Assembly: GCA_965660445.1 (NCBI GenBank) | Contig: CBFIAK010000001.1 | Location: 192,001 to 256,000, forward strand | DNA from: Patescibacteria group bacterium | Lineage (GTDB): Bacteria; Patescibacteriota; Gracilibacteria; UBA4473 | Direction: 5' to 3' | DNA length: 64,000 nucleotides | In this document: piece after piece, positions 21,081-30,413 of the stretch | Layout: every line of letters begins with the position of its first letter | Position numbering within the stretch: the first letter of the stretch is position 1 | Notes under the pieces: model-generated | What the model saw: the letters and a program-made list of their open reading frames with translations, nothing else | Told to the model about the DNA's origin: nothing | The model's database searches: none | Translations under genes and position numbers: made by a program

Positions 21081-21566
21081 TTAGAATACGGAATCTTGAA
21101 TCTAGAATCTTGTTTCCATCACAAAAATCACAAGGCTTTGCAAATCCTTGTGATTCCTGCGCTTCTTGCGATTTTACCAAGATTCAAGATTCCAGATTCT
21201 AGATTCTCATTTAGATTCTAGATTCTATTATTATACAATAACTCTAAAAAAACAAAAAATATTATAGCAAAGCCAAAAGTTGGAGACCGGTCTCCAACTT
21301 TTGGCTTAAATATGGGTTTTTGTGTGTCAAACTCTCAAGTTTCCATTATTTTTCAGTCTATACCTACGAAAAATGGAGACCGGTCTCCATTTTATAAGAA
21401 TTAAGATTGAGATTTAGATTGAGAAATAAGGAACAATTATAAGGCTGTGCACAGTCTTGTGATTCCTGTGCTTCCTGCGATTTATTCGAGATTCCAGATT
21501 CTAGATTCAGGATTCCATGTAGCTCTTGCTCTTCCCCATAATTCCTAATTCATGATTCATACTTCA
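21081..21566. repeat. Mosaic repeat locus R2 including the two-palindrome (REPIN-like) unit
   Basis: Hairpins 21126-21155 and 21435-21464; palindromes 21270-21307 (38 bp) and 21370-21393 (24 bp); GAATCT/AGATTC heptamer arrays. Confidence 0.92.
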
Positions 21567-21637
21567 CTATTACTATACAGTAACCCAAAAAAACACACAG
21601 TAAGACCAAGAATACGAGACCTGTCTCGGGGGGGGCT

Positions 21638-22669
21638 TTATCGTTTTATTTTTTCTTCGATATCACCAATACTCGCTTGTCCGCATTGGGCCCCAAATTT
21701 TTGAATCACAAACCCTGAGCTCCAAGCTCCCCATAACAGTTGTTCATCAACGGGTTTTTCTAAAAGAAGGGATGTGAGTATTCCAACCGAAAACGCGTCT
21801 CCTGCCCCAAGGGTGCTTTCTATCGGTACGTCAGGAGCGCATACGAAAAAATGGTTTCCATCATTATCAAAAAGTTGTGCTCCTCTATTGCTATCAGTAA
21901 TCACCACTTTTCCAACTCCCGCATCAAGGAATTTTTGAGCAATCGAACGCATATCAAAAACATGCTCAGGAATGAAAGGAGGATTTATAGATATGTTTTT
22001 TCCACATATCGATTCATCCAAGTCTTTAAACGAAACTTTTTCAGCTGTTTGTTGTGTAAAATATTCACTCTCTTCTTTATTGAGTATTAGCACATCAATT
22101 ACCGGAAATACTTTTTTAAAATGATCAAATCCGTATTGAAACTGAGTTTTTCCTGGGTTCCACCCAATAAGACTTTTCAGGTTGTTTGTCTTCCATTGCG
22201 GAAGCGCTAACAAAAAATCATCAGATTTATCTGTAAGATGTCCTATATAAAGAGATCTCGTCGATGGAGCATTGAACAGATGCGATGGATTAAAATCTTC
22301 TTTTGGGTTTTTGTAATTCAGAACGCTTCGGTGTCCGTCTTGAGCGTTTAAAATAACCGATAAACTCGATTCGCTTTTTTGAGAAATAGTAATGTGAGAG
22401 GTGTCAACCCCTTCTCTGCCGAGCATGTGTCGGATAGTATGCCCTACCGTGTCATCACCCAAAAACCCAAAAGTCGCCGTGCGCATACCAAACTTTAAAA
22501 ACCCAACACTTGCATTTGCCGATGACCCCCCACAAGATTGAGAAATTTTTTGTAACAATATTTTTTCTCCTACCGGAATGATAAAGTTTTCATTCGTTTC
22601 AAGCGGTGTTTGAGGTGTTACAAACACATCAAGTGTAATGGATCCGAAAGTGAGTACATCGTATGTCAT
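21638..22669 (-). CDS. PfkB-family carbohydrate kinase
   Basis: Start MTYDVLTFGSITLDVF; GGSSANAS, WNPG, LILNKEE, STLGAGDAFSVG anion-hole motif. Confidence 0.9.
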   Translation of the reverse strand: MTYDVLTFGSITLDVFVTPQTPLETNENFIIPVGEKILLQKISQSCGGSSANASVGFLKFGMRTATFGFLGDDTVGHTIRHMLGREGVDTSHITISQKSESSLSVILNAQDGHRSVLNYKNPKEDFNPSHLFNAPSTRSLYIGHLTDKSDDFLLALPQWKTNNLKSLIGWNPGKTQFQYGFDHFKKVFPVIDVLILNKEESEYFTQQTAEKVSFKDLDESICGKNISINPPFIPEHVFDMRSIAQKFLDAGVGKVVITDSNRGAQLFDNDGNHFFVCAPDVPIESTLGAGDAFSVGILTSLLLEKPVDEQLLWGAWSSGFVIQKFGAQCGQASIGDIEEKIKR

Positions 22670-22675
22670 CCTTGT

Positions 22676-22735
22676 ATTATAAAGAAAAATAAGCAAAAAG
22701 TCAATTTGACGGTGAGAAGATATTTCTTTTAAGAT
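22676..22735. promoter_or_regulatory. Back-to-back divergent sigma70 promoters
   Basis: Minus strand TTGACT-N17-TATAAT-N6-ATG (pfkB); plus strand TTGACG-N18-TAAGAT-N8-ATG (22744). Confidence 0.6.
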
Positions 22736-22743
22736 ACAAGAGA

Positions 22744-25350
22744 ATGAAAAAAATAATACTTCTCGCTTTTGTCTCTCTTGTGCCTTTCCTCGTGAACGCA
22801 TCAGAACTTGGAGGATTTACCACTCACACCATTAACCCAAGCGTCTTTGATGTTCTTCTTGGAAAAACTGATTTTGGTGGAGATTATGACACAGAAGTCA
22901 GCTCAACTGAGCGTATCACAGCTGAAGAATACGACGGAATCGTACTCAAACTCAAAGCAATCAATGATATTTTGTTTCCTGCTGATTGTGACGACGGTTC
23001 AGTGCTTGTGTGGGATGCAGATGTGTCTTCTTGGGAATGTGGAGCTTCGGAAAGCGGTGGCGGGAGCAGCAGTGACGCATGGATTGTTGATGAAGATAAT
23101 ATGTATGCGAATGTGTCCGGAAATGTTGGAGTGGGAGTTTCTGACCCACTCGCGAAACTTCATGTTGTTTCCGATACAGCAAATCCTATTCGTCTTGAGG
23201 CGGATATTACCAATACTACTGGCTCGACTCAAATTGATATTTTTAATGATGATGCCACTCGTTGGGCATTGGGAGTGAATAGTTCAGCGCATCCAACTCA
23301 TCCTGGTGATGGGTATCTGTGGGGGTACCAAGCAGAAGATTTTCGGTTTGGTGTGCAGGGAACAGAAATACTGAAACTCGGTGCTGATGGAACAATTTCA
23401 ATTCCTTCTTTAGGAGAATGCGGAACTCTTTATACTGATAGTGATGGGGTCCTTACCTGCGGTTCTGGCGGAAGTGGTACCGATGTGGTGTGTAGTGAAG
23501 AAGGTGAAGTTCTGAAATGGATGAATACCGCAGAAGAAGGTGATCCGCAAGTGTATGGATGGGTGTGTGCGGTTGATGAATCATCGTATGCATCTGAAGC
23601 TTTATCACTTGGGTTTTGTGTCGTTTCAGATGGAAATATGCCCAATACTCAATGGATTGCAGGGAGTGGGCCTGTGTTTCGGAAAACTGATGATGAGTCT
23701 GATCCCATGAAACCAGCTCGGTTTTTTCCAGATAAAAATCTTTATGATGGATCGGATTGTGCGTTATCGTGTGCCGATGGATACTCTTGGGATGTCGATA
23801 GAGGATCGTGTGTTCTCCCAAAAAGAATGTGCGGAGAAGGAGAATTCTTAGTTGGGTTTGATGGTATGGGAAATGTTGTGTGTGAATCAGTACGAGAGAT
23901 GACCAGTTATATGACATTTATCGATTCTTTGGGGGCGTGTTCTTCCGTGTCAGATATTCAAGTGATGTGTATGGGGCCTCCAAAAATGCCAATGCCTTAC
24001 CCAAACCCAACACCAGAGTATCCAGACCCCATGCGTGACCCAAGAAACTGTGGAAACCCTCTCGATATTGCGTTTTTTACTCAAGATGATCGAGATTCAA
24101 AAATGTATCGAGTGTTATCTGTAGGCAACGATTGCTGGATGGCTGAAAACCTCAATTTTGATCCGGGAGGGGGGAGTCGGTTGTGTGACCCCGATTCAGG
24201 CGCACCAAATGGGAATTGTACGCTTGGAGGGTTGTATAGTTTTGAAACTATTTTGGGGAATAATGTGAATACGGATGATTTTGATTTTACGTGTGGACAA
24301 AATGGGTGTTATAGAGGAAGCGGAAACCCCAAGTCAGCAGTTGCACCAGTGCGAGGTATTTGTATGCAAGGATGGCATATTCCTACAAAATCTGAGTTTC
24401 AAGGGCTGTCTGGGTATTTACAAACAGAATCGGCAACGGTGGAACGGTTTGGTGTGAATGAAGACGGTGGATATGCTTATTATGATACTATAAATAATCC
24501 TGCGGGGTGGCAGTTTTGGGATTTTTCTGATAAATACTGGGCTGCCTATAGAAACGAATGGACTGATACCAATAATGATAGACTTATTGAGCTTCAGTAT
24601 TTAGAAACAGAAGATGATAATTTTTCATTAGAATCTCTTATGACATCGTTTAGTCAGTTGGGATCGAATGATCCAGATAACTATGCTTATGCACTTCGGT
24701 GTGTCAAAGATCGATCAAATACACAGTATGAATGTAGTGGTACTTTGCCACAAGGGGCTGAGTATTGGGATTGGAGCGACGGACAAACCCCCACGACTCC
24801 AAATGAATCAAAACGGCATATTTTTAATTACGCTGCTAATTATACGCAAGACGCAAACCGGTTTGATTTGCGATGTGATTGGAAATGTAAACACGGAGAA
24901 TATGGGTATTATTACGACTCAAATGTGGGGCAGTGTGTGAGTAATACACCGTTTTGTAATCGACCTGATGATACTGTTTTCTTGGATCCCCAAGGAGAAT
25001 GGAACGATAATGGTGAGTGGCGACGTATGCAACCTGGGATTAATTATACGAATGTACAAACACGGAGTTTATCAGGAACAGGGCAACCATTGAGTTGTCA
25101 GACTCGTTGTTTTGATGGGTATGATCTCACGCAAAACGGGTGCGTGGAACGTCAACCTATGCAAAACCGGTTTGGTTGTGGTTGGTTACCTCCAAACGCT
25201 AACTGGGTTCGTGATGGGCGATATACCACTCCAAATGAGCGACGATGGAAACCGTTTTATGACCCTGATAATGACGACGATGATGCCTGTGCTTATTACT
25301 GTACTGGAAGCACTGAGTTTACTGGGAATAACACATTGGGGTGTCGGTAA
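22744..25350 (+). CDS. Secreted Cys-rich protein with Fib_succ_major (FISUMP)-like domain
   Basis: Signal peptide; GNVGVG..P.AKLHV beta-repeat, CWMAENLNF, GGLYSF, RGICMQGWHIPTKSEF, AYALRCVKD; Cys-rich repeats. Confidence 0.75.
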   Translation: MKKIILLAFVSLVPFLVNASELGGFTTHTINPSVFDVLLGKTDFGGDYDTEVSSTERITAEEYDGIVLKLKAINDILFPADCDDGSVLVWDADVSSWECGASESGGGSSSDAWIVDEDNMYANVSGNVGVGVSDPLAKLHVVSDTANPIRLEADITNTTGSTQIDIFNDDATRWALGVNSSAHPTHPGDGYLWGYQAEDFRFGVQGTEILKLGADGTISIPSLGECGTLYTDSDGVLTCGSGGSGTDVVCSEEGEVLKWMNTAEEGDPQVYGWVCAVDESSYASEALSLGFCVVSDGNMPNTQWIAGSGPVFRKTDDESDPMKPARFFPDKNLYDGSDCALSCADGYSWDVDRGSCVLPKRMCGEGEFLVGFDGMGNVVCESVREMTSYMTFIDSLGACSSVSDIQVMCMGPPKMPMPYPNPTPEYPDPMRDPRNCGNPLDIAFFTQDDRDSKMYRVLSVGNDCWMAENLNFDPGGGSRLCDPDSGAPNGNCTLGGLYSFETILGNNVNTDDFDFTCGQNGCYRGSGNPKSAVAPVRGICMQGWHIPTKSEFQGLSGYLQTESATVERFGVNEDGGYAYYDTINNPAGWQFWDFSDKYWAAYRNEWTDTNNDRLIELQYLETEDDNFSLESLMTSFSQLGSNDPDNYAYALRCVKDRSNTQYECSGTLPQGAEYWDWSDGQTPTTPNESKRHIFNYAANYTQDANRFDLRCDWKCKHGEYGYYYDSNVGQCVSNTPFCNRPDDTVFLDPQGEWNDNGEWRRMQPGINYTNVQTRSLSGTGQPLSCQTRCFDGYDLTQNGCVERQPMQNRFGCGWLPPNANWVRDGRYTTPNERRWKPFYDPDNDDDDACAYYCTGSTEFTGNNTLGCR

Positions 25351-25399
25351 ATAGGTATACAAAGAAATATTTTTAGGTCATTGCAAGCAAAACAACCAA

Positions 25400-25436
25400 A
25401 AAAAGAGAAAACAGATGTAACGTTTTCTCTTTTTTT
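25400..25436 (+). terminator. Probable intrinsic terminator
   Basis: AAAAAAGAGAAAAC..GTTTTCTCTTTTTT hairpin after the 22744 gene. Confidence 0.6.
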
Positions 25437-25472
25437 ACGTTATAGAAACTGGTAATACGTACGAAAAATAAT

Positions 25473-25500
25473 TTGATTTTTTCTGTTTGATTCGTATGAT
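25473..25500 (+). promoter_or_regulatory. Putative S-layer gene promoter with ~320-nt leader
   Basis: TTGATT-N16-TATGAT; ATG at 25825. Confidence 0.45.
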
Positions 25501-25824
25501 TGCCGAGGTTTGAACAGCTTGTGGCATTCTGGCTTAACTCCTGTTCCGCTTCATGCGCAAAAAGATCTCAGCTCTTTGACACAGACGACAAAAAGAAAAA
25601 GCTTGTGTTTCAGTATAGACATCTTCGAAAGAAGACGAAAGAAACAACACACACTTTTTTTAGAAAAAGCATGCAGATGTATCAGATGGTATTTCCAGTT
25701 GTTATTGCACGCTTCATCACAAAGAACGAGAAAGACAGAAAAAAACAAATCAGACATTTTAAGAACGAGATACTCCAAATATATATATCGCTTTTTCTTT
25801 ATTATTTTTTAATTACTACTAAAA

Positions 25825-28800
25825 ATGGGATTCTTTACGAATATTAAACAAGGAATTGCATCAGTAGCATTAGGAGCTATGGCATTTGCGGTTTTACCGT
25901 TGAACGCACAAGCACAACTTATGTTCTCTGATGTAATGGAAATTCCTTCTTGGTCTGTGGAAGCTATTGAAGAGCTTATGGATCAAGGAGTGATTAGTGG
26001 GAACGACGATGGATCTTTTGCACCAAATCGACAATTAAATCGAGCAGAAGTTTCAAAAATTATCGTTCTTGCGACTGGTCTTCCAATTGACACATCAGGA
26101 GGTTCTGCCTTTCCAGATGTAACAGAAGGAGATTGGTTTTATGACTACGTTGTAACAATGTATAACTACGGGTACATCAATGGATACCCTGATGGACTTT
26201 TCCGACCAGGTGTTGGGATCAACCGAGCTGAAATGGCTAAAATGGTTGTGAACGCATTTGAATTGGATCAAGACCTTTCAGGAGCTCCTCATTTTGGAGA
26301 CGTATCATCAAGTGATTGGTTTTACGGATTCGTTGAAACAGCATACAACGCAGGTCTTATGCGAGGATACGGTGATGGTTCATTCGGACCAGCAAACGCT
26401 GTAACTCGTGCTGAAACTGTAAAAATTGTATACGATGCTCAGTTAGCAGTTATGGCTCCAGTTGGACCAGCTGACGGAACATTGGAAGTGGCTTTGTCTA
26501 TGGACACACCACGAGGAACAAACATTCCTTACAACGCAACTTCAGTGCCATTCTTGACTGTTGAAATGACTGCATCTGATGATAGTGATGTAGAAGTTTC
26601 TTCTATGACTTTCACTCGACTTGGTTTGGGTGACAACGACGATTTCAAAAAGGTATGGCTTGAAATTGACGGGTTCAAAATCGGAAACGATAAATCAGTA
26701 AACAATGCTGACATCGCAGAACTTCGGTTTAATCCTCCAATCGTTATTCCAGCTGGAATGACATTGATGGCTGACTTGGTAGCATCTACTAAGTTCACTG
26801 GTGATGATCAAAATGTTGGTCATTACAACCGATTTGCTGTTGTATCAGCACAAGACATTGTATCTTCTGCATTAAATGTTGTAGGAGACTTCCCAATTGA
26901 AGGGGAAGAAATGCAAGTAACATCATACGAAGTTTCACAACTTCGATTCAGCGCTTTGGGATCAGACACGACTATTGAAGTTGGAAACAGCTTTGTAGAA
27001 GTTGGTAAATTCCGAATCTTAAACGGTTCGAATACAAACAAAGACGTTGAGCTTCGAGCTATTACCTTCAAAAACGATGGTACAGCTGAAGTAGCTGATG
27101 CATTTGAAAACTTGTCATTGTATGTTTCAGGAGAACAAATTTCAGCTGAAACAATCATTGACGGAGACTACGTTACATTCCGACTCGATAACGGTATCAC
27201 TGGTGGATACGTTGTAGAAGACGGAGACAGCCGAATTTTCTCTATTCGAGCTGATGTAGTTTCTGCTGAACGAAACGACACAATCAACTTCAAAGTTGAT
27301 AACTATGAAGACATTGTAGGTGTTGAAATCGGAACAGCATTTGGTGTTCGAGCAGTAGCTGGAGACGCAGGACGATCTTTAAGCACTTCAAATAACGCTC
27401 AAACAACAGCAACATCTCCGGCTTGTGTGGCAGGAACAAACGTTGCTGAAGACAACTGTGCACGTTTATACATGTACAGCGTTGATTCAGGAGACTTGAA
27501 CGTTTCTCGAGACCCAGCGTCTTTAGGAAACCAAGAATACGCTCCAGGATCAAACGATGTTGTGTTTATGACGGCACGATTGGTAGTTGACCAACCGCTT
27601 TTGGCTGATGGAGTAAACCTTTACATCGCTTCAGGATCTACGGTTGACGGAGACGACAAATTGACTGAATTCAACAACCGATTCGATAACTTCCGATTGT
27701 ACTTAAACGATCGAATGATCGATAGTGAAAACGATTTCGTAGGTGATACTGATTGTACAGTTACGGCAACGTCATGTTACCTTGAATTCGATACAACATT
27801 CGAAATCGCAGGAACATCTATCTTGAAATTGGTTGGGAATATTACACAAAACGCTGAAGACGACGATCAAATCAAATTGAGCGTTTCAGCAACAAACTTC
27901 TCTTCAGTAGAATACATTTCTACAGGAGACCAAGTGTCTACATCTCAATTATTGGGATCAGCAACGTCTTCATTTGTTCAAGTACAACAATCAAGCTTGG
28001 TTATTTCTCGAACAGATGGTCTTCCATCTGGGCAAGAGCTTGTAGCAGGGGTTGATGACATGACATTCTTAGGGTTCGTTTTGGATAACAACGATTCAGG
28101 AGATGTAAATGTAACATCAATCACTATTGCAGCTGATACAGATGCCAATACCACTAATGCTGGTGACGGAGTTTCTGGTTCGGCTCGAACATACTCTAAC
28201 TTTACAGGAGCAATCTTTGTAGACGGAGTACAACAAGGTTCTGCGAAAAACTTTACCTCTACTGGTTCAGCTACTTTCAACGACCTTTCAACTGTGATTC
28301 CTTCGGCTTCACAAAAAGAATTCACTCTTGTAATTGATACAATTGAGGCTTCTGCAACTGATATTGCAACAACTATTAGCGATGCTGGTGGTGCTGTAGC
28401 AGAATCAGGAGTAGCTACATGGACTGTAACAAGTACAACTGGTATGACTGTTGGTGACCTTTTGGTTGTAACTGATGGTACAAATACTGATGTACGAGCT
28501 ATTACAGCAATTGTAGATGCTGATAGTGTGACTGTGGATTCTGCAGCTGGTAATAACTATGCAGCAGGAGATACAGTAACTATTCGACACCAAATCAAAT
28601 TCGACGTTAGTGACGTTGATGCTGATAACGTTGAAAACGGACAATCAGTTGAAATTACACCAACTTCTATTGATGGGAATCTTTTCGTTCTTGTTGATTC
28701 AGGAAGCTTAACTGTAAGTATGGGTTCAACTGTGTTCTCAGATATTATCGTTGCTGGTCAAAAAGAAGTTGAAATTGGACGAATCCGATTCAACGCTTCA

Positions 28801-30102
28801 GATGATGAAGTACATATCAAAGATATTCGTCTTGAAAACGACGTAAATGCTGATGGTACTGTTGATAATGAAGGTGCAGGGGATCGAGTTGATTTCAAAC
28901 TCTACAACGAAGCTGGACAACTCATTCAAACAAAACAAATGGTAAATGGAGCATTGCACTTCCAATTGGCAAATCAAGACCGAATTCGAGTGCCAAAAGA
29001 TGATTCAACATTTGTAACGATGAAAGTTGATGCTCGAGCAATCACTCAAGCCGCTCAAACTGGTGCACGATTAGCACTTTCTTTGGATGAAGGTCATCTT
29101 ACGAAGGGTATCGAAGCTATTACTGCCGCTACTGGTTCAGATATTTCTACTCCAGCAGCAGCTGCAGGATGGCAATCAGCTGCACAAGATGTAACGACTG
29201 AAGACTTTGTTATTTACCGAAGTCAAATCAGTGTAAATCATGCATCTGCACAACCAAACTTTCAAGATCCATCAACAGCATCTCAAGAAATTTACCGATT
29301 TACGGTAACTTCTGATGCGGCTCGACAAACAGAACTTGGTCGAGCAACATTCCGAATTGATCTTTCAGGTATGGAAACAGCAGCTAATGCATCATTTGTT
29401 GTTCGACAAGTGAAAGCAGATGGAACTATTGATAATAGTGCAAACGTAGCGACAACTTCAGATACTTTCACTGCAGCGTCAGATGTATCTGGAAACGTAA
29501 CTGTTTCATTTACAAATCAAAAACTTTCAGCTGGTGAGTCACGAACATACGCACTCTTCATGGATCAAACTACCAATACTGGTGGTGGAGACGCTGATGA
29601 TGATGCGGTGTCTGTAACAATCTTGCAAGATACAACATATGCAGCTCCAAATACACGAACTGCACAAGCATTAGTTGGTACAACATTAACTGTAGCAGGT
29701 GCAACACTTGATGCAGATCCTGCAGCAGGAAATATTACAGTTGGTGGTCAAACTATTGCAGTTGATATGCCAGACTTTGCAACTACAGCACAAATGGCTA
29801 CTACAATTGCAGCTGCAATTGACGGTAATGCAAATTTCTCTGCATCAGCTAATGGATCAGTTGTAACTATTACTTCAGTAGATACCAAAACTATTACAAG
29901 CTCTACTATAGATACTACAGCACTTATTGCCGCTATCTATGCAGCAGATGGTACTGATGATCAAACAATCACTGCTGATCAAACAGCAACACGAATGATT
30001 TGGTCTGATGAATCAAGTTCAGCTCATTCTGATACGACAGCTGACTGGTTGAACGGATACCTCATTGATGTTGATACAACTGCGAACGTAAATGCAGACT
30101 AA
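25825..30102 (+). CDS. S-layer protein with three N-terminal SLH domains
   Basis: Signal peptide; three F.DV...W....GY.DG.F.P....NRAE/TRAE SLH repeats; long acidic Thr/Ala/Val-rich body; strong codon bias. Confidence 0.9.
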   Translation: MGFFTNIKQGIASVALGAMAFAVLPLNAQAQLMFSDVMEIPSWSVEAIEELMDQGVISGNDDGSFAPNRQLNRAEVSKIIVLATGLPIDTSGGSAFPDVTEGDWFYDYVVTMYNYGYINGYPDGLFRPGVGINRAEMAKMVVNAFELDQDLSGAPHFGDVSSSDWFYGFVETAYNAGLMRGYGDGSFGPANAVTRAETVKIVYDAQLAVMAPVGPADGTLEVALSMDTPRGTNIPYNATSVPFLTVEMTASDDSDVEVSSMTFTRLGLGDNDDFKKVWLEIDGFKIGNDKSVNNADIAELRFNPPIVIPAGMTLMADLVASTKFTGDDQNVGHYNRFAVVSAQDIVSSALNVVGDFPIEGEEMQVTSYEVSQLRFSALGSDTTIEVGNSFVEVGKFRILNGSNTNKDVELRAITFKNDGTAEVADAFENLSLYVSGEQISAETIIDGDYVTFRLDNGITGGYVVEDGDSRIFSIRADVVSAERNDTINFKVDNYEDIVGVEIGTAFGVRAVAGDAGRSLSTSNNAQTTATSPACVAGTNVAEDNCARLYMYSVDSGDLNVSRDPASLGNQEYAPGSNDVVFMTARLVVDQPLLADGVNLYIASGSTVDGDDKLTEFNNRFDNFRLYLNDRMIDSENDFVGDTDCTVTATSCYLEFDTTFEIAGTSILKLVGNITQNAEDDDQIKLSVSATNFSSVEYISTGDQVSTSQLLGSATSSFVQVQQSSLVISRTDGLPSGQELVAGVDDMTFLGFVLDNNDSGDVNVTSITIAADTDANTTNAGDGVSGSARTYSNFTGAIFVDGVQQGSAKNFTSTGSATFNDLSTVIPSASQKEFTLVIDTIEASATDIATTISDAGGAVAESGVATWTVTSTTGMTVGDLLVVTDGTNTDVRAITAIVDADSVTVDSAAGNNYAAGDTVTIRHQIKFDVSDVDADNVENGQSVEITPTSIDGNLFVLVDSGSLTVSMGSTVFSDIIVAGQKEVEIGRIRFNASDDEVHIKDIRLENDVNADGTVDNEGAGDRVDFKLYNEAGQLIQTKQMVNGALHFQLANQDRIRVPKDDSTFVTMKVDARAITQAAQTGARLALSLDEGHLTKGIEAITAATGSDISTPAAAAGWQSAAQDVTTEDFVIYRSQISVNHASAQPNFQDPSTASQEIYRFTVTSDAARQTELGRATFRIDLSGMETAANASFVVRQVKADGTIDNSANVATTSDTFTAASDVSGNVTVSFTNQKLSAGESRTYALFMDQTTNTGGGDADDDAVSVTILQDTTYAAPNTRTAQALVGTTLTVAGATLDADPAAGNITVGGQTIAVDMPDFATTAQMATTIAAAIDGNANFSASANGSVVTITSVDTKTITSSTIDTTALIAAIYAADGTDDQTITADQTATRMIWSDESSSAHSDTTADWLNGYLIDVDTTANVNAD

Positions 30103-30162
30103 TCAATGGATATGATATCTATCATGCCAATCTTCCTTGCCTAAAACACAAGGAAAACCACA

Positions 30163-30198
30163 AAAACCCCCAGCGCCTTCGGGCACTGGGGGTTTTTT
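30163..30198 (+). terminator. Intrinsic terminator of the S-layer gene
   Basis: AAAAACCCCCAGCGCC-ttcg-GGCACTGGGGGTTTTTT. Confidence 0.9.
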
Positions 30199-30209
30199 GT
30201 GAAGCGCAG

Positions 30210-30349
30210 GAGCGCTTTAGCGCTCGAATCTTGAATCTTGAATCTAGGGAAAATCACAAGGTTTTCTAAAGCCTTGTGATTTTTGTGATGGGAACAAGAT
30301 TCTAGATTCAAGATTCTAGATTCTCATTTAGATTCAAGATTCCTACTTC
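30210..30349. repeat. Mosaic repeat locus R3
   Basis: GAGCGCTTTAGCGCTC 30210-30225, heptamers, hairpin 30252-30281, GATGGGAACAAGATTC linker, AGATTC heptamers. Confidence 0.9.
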
Positions 30350-30413
30350 TCTCTTGTTATTCCTTTTTTCATTTCTATAATACAACTAACACATTCCTTT
30401 CCCCTTTTCTTCT

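Noticed and set aside
20859-21221. ORFs 20859-21221 and 20939-21202 (also 54258-54440, 57200-57421, 59725-60006)
   Set aside because: They are translations of heptamer and hairpin repeats (RFKIPDSRF, NLES patterns) and are likely spurious.
21270-21307. Synthetic Golden Gate scar (back-to-back BsaI GAGACC/GGTCTC around an AgeI site)
   Set aside because: Eight copies with naturally diverged, symmetry-preserving arms inside native repeats argue for a biological origin.
20545-21566. CRISPR array
   Set aside because: Repeats are not identical units separated by constant-length unique spacers, they occur in both orientations at many loci, and no cas gene is present.
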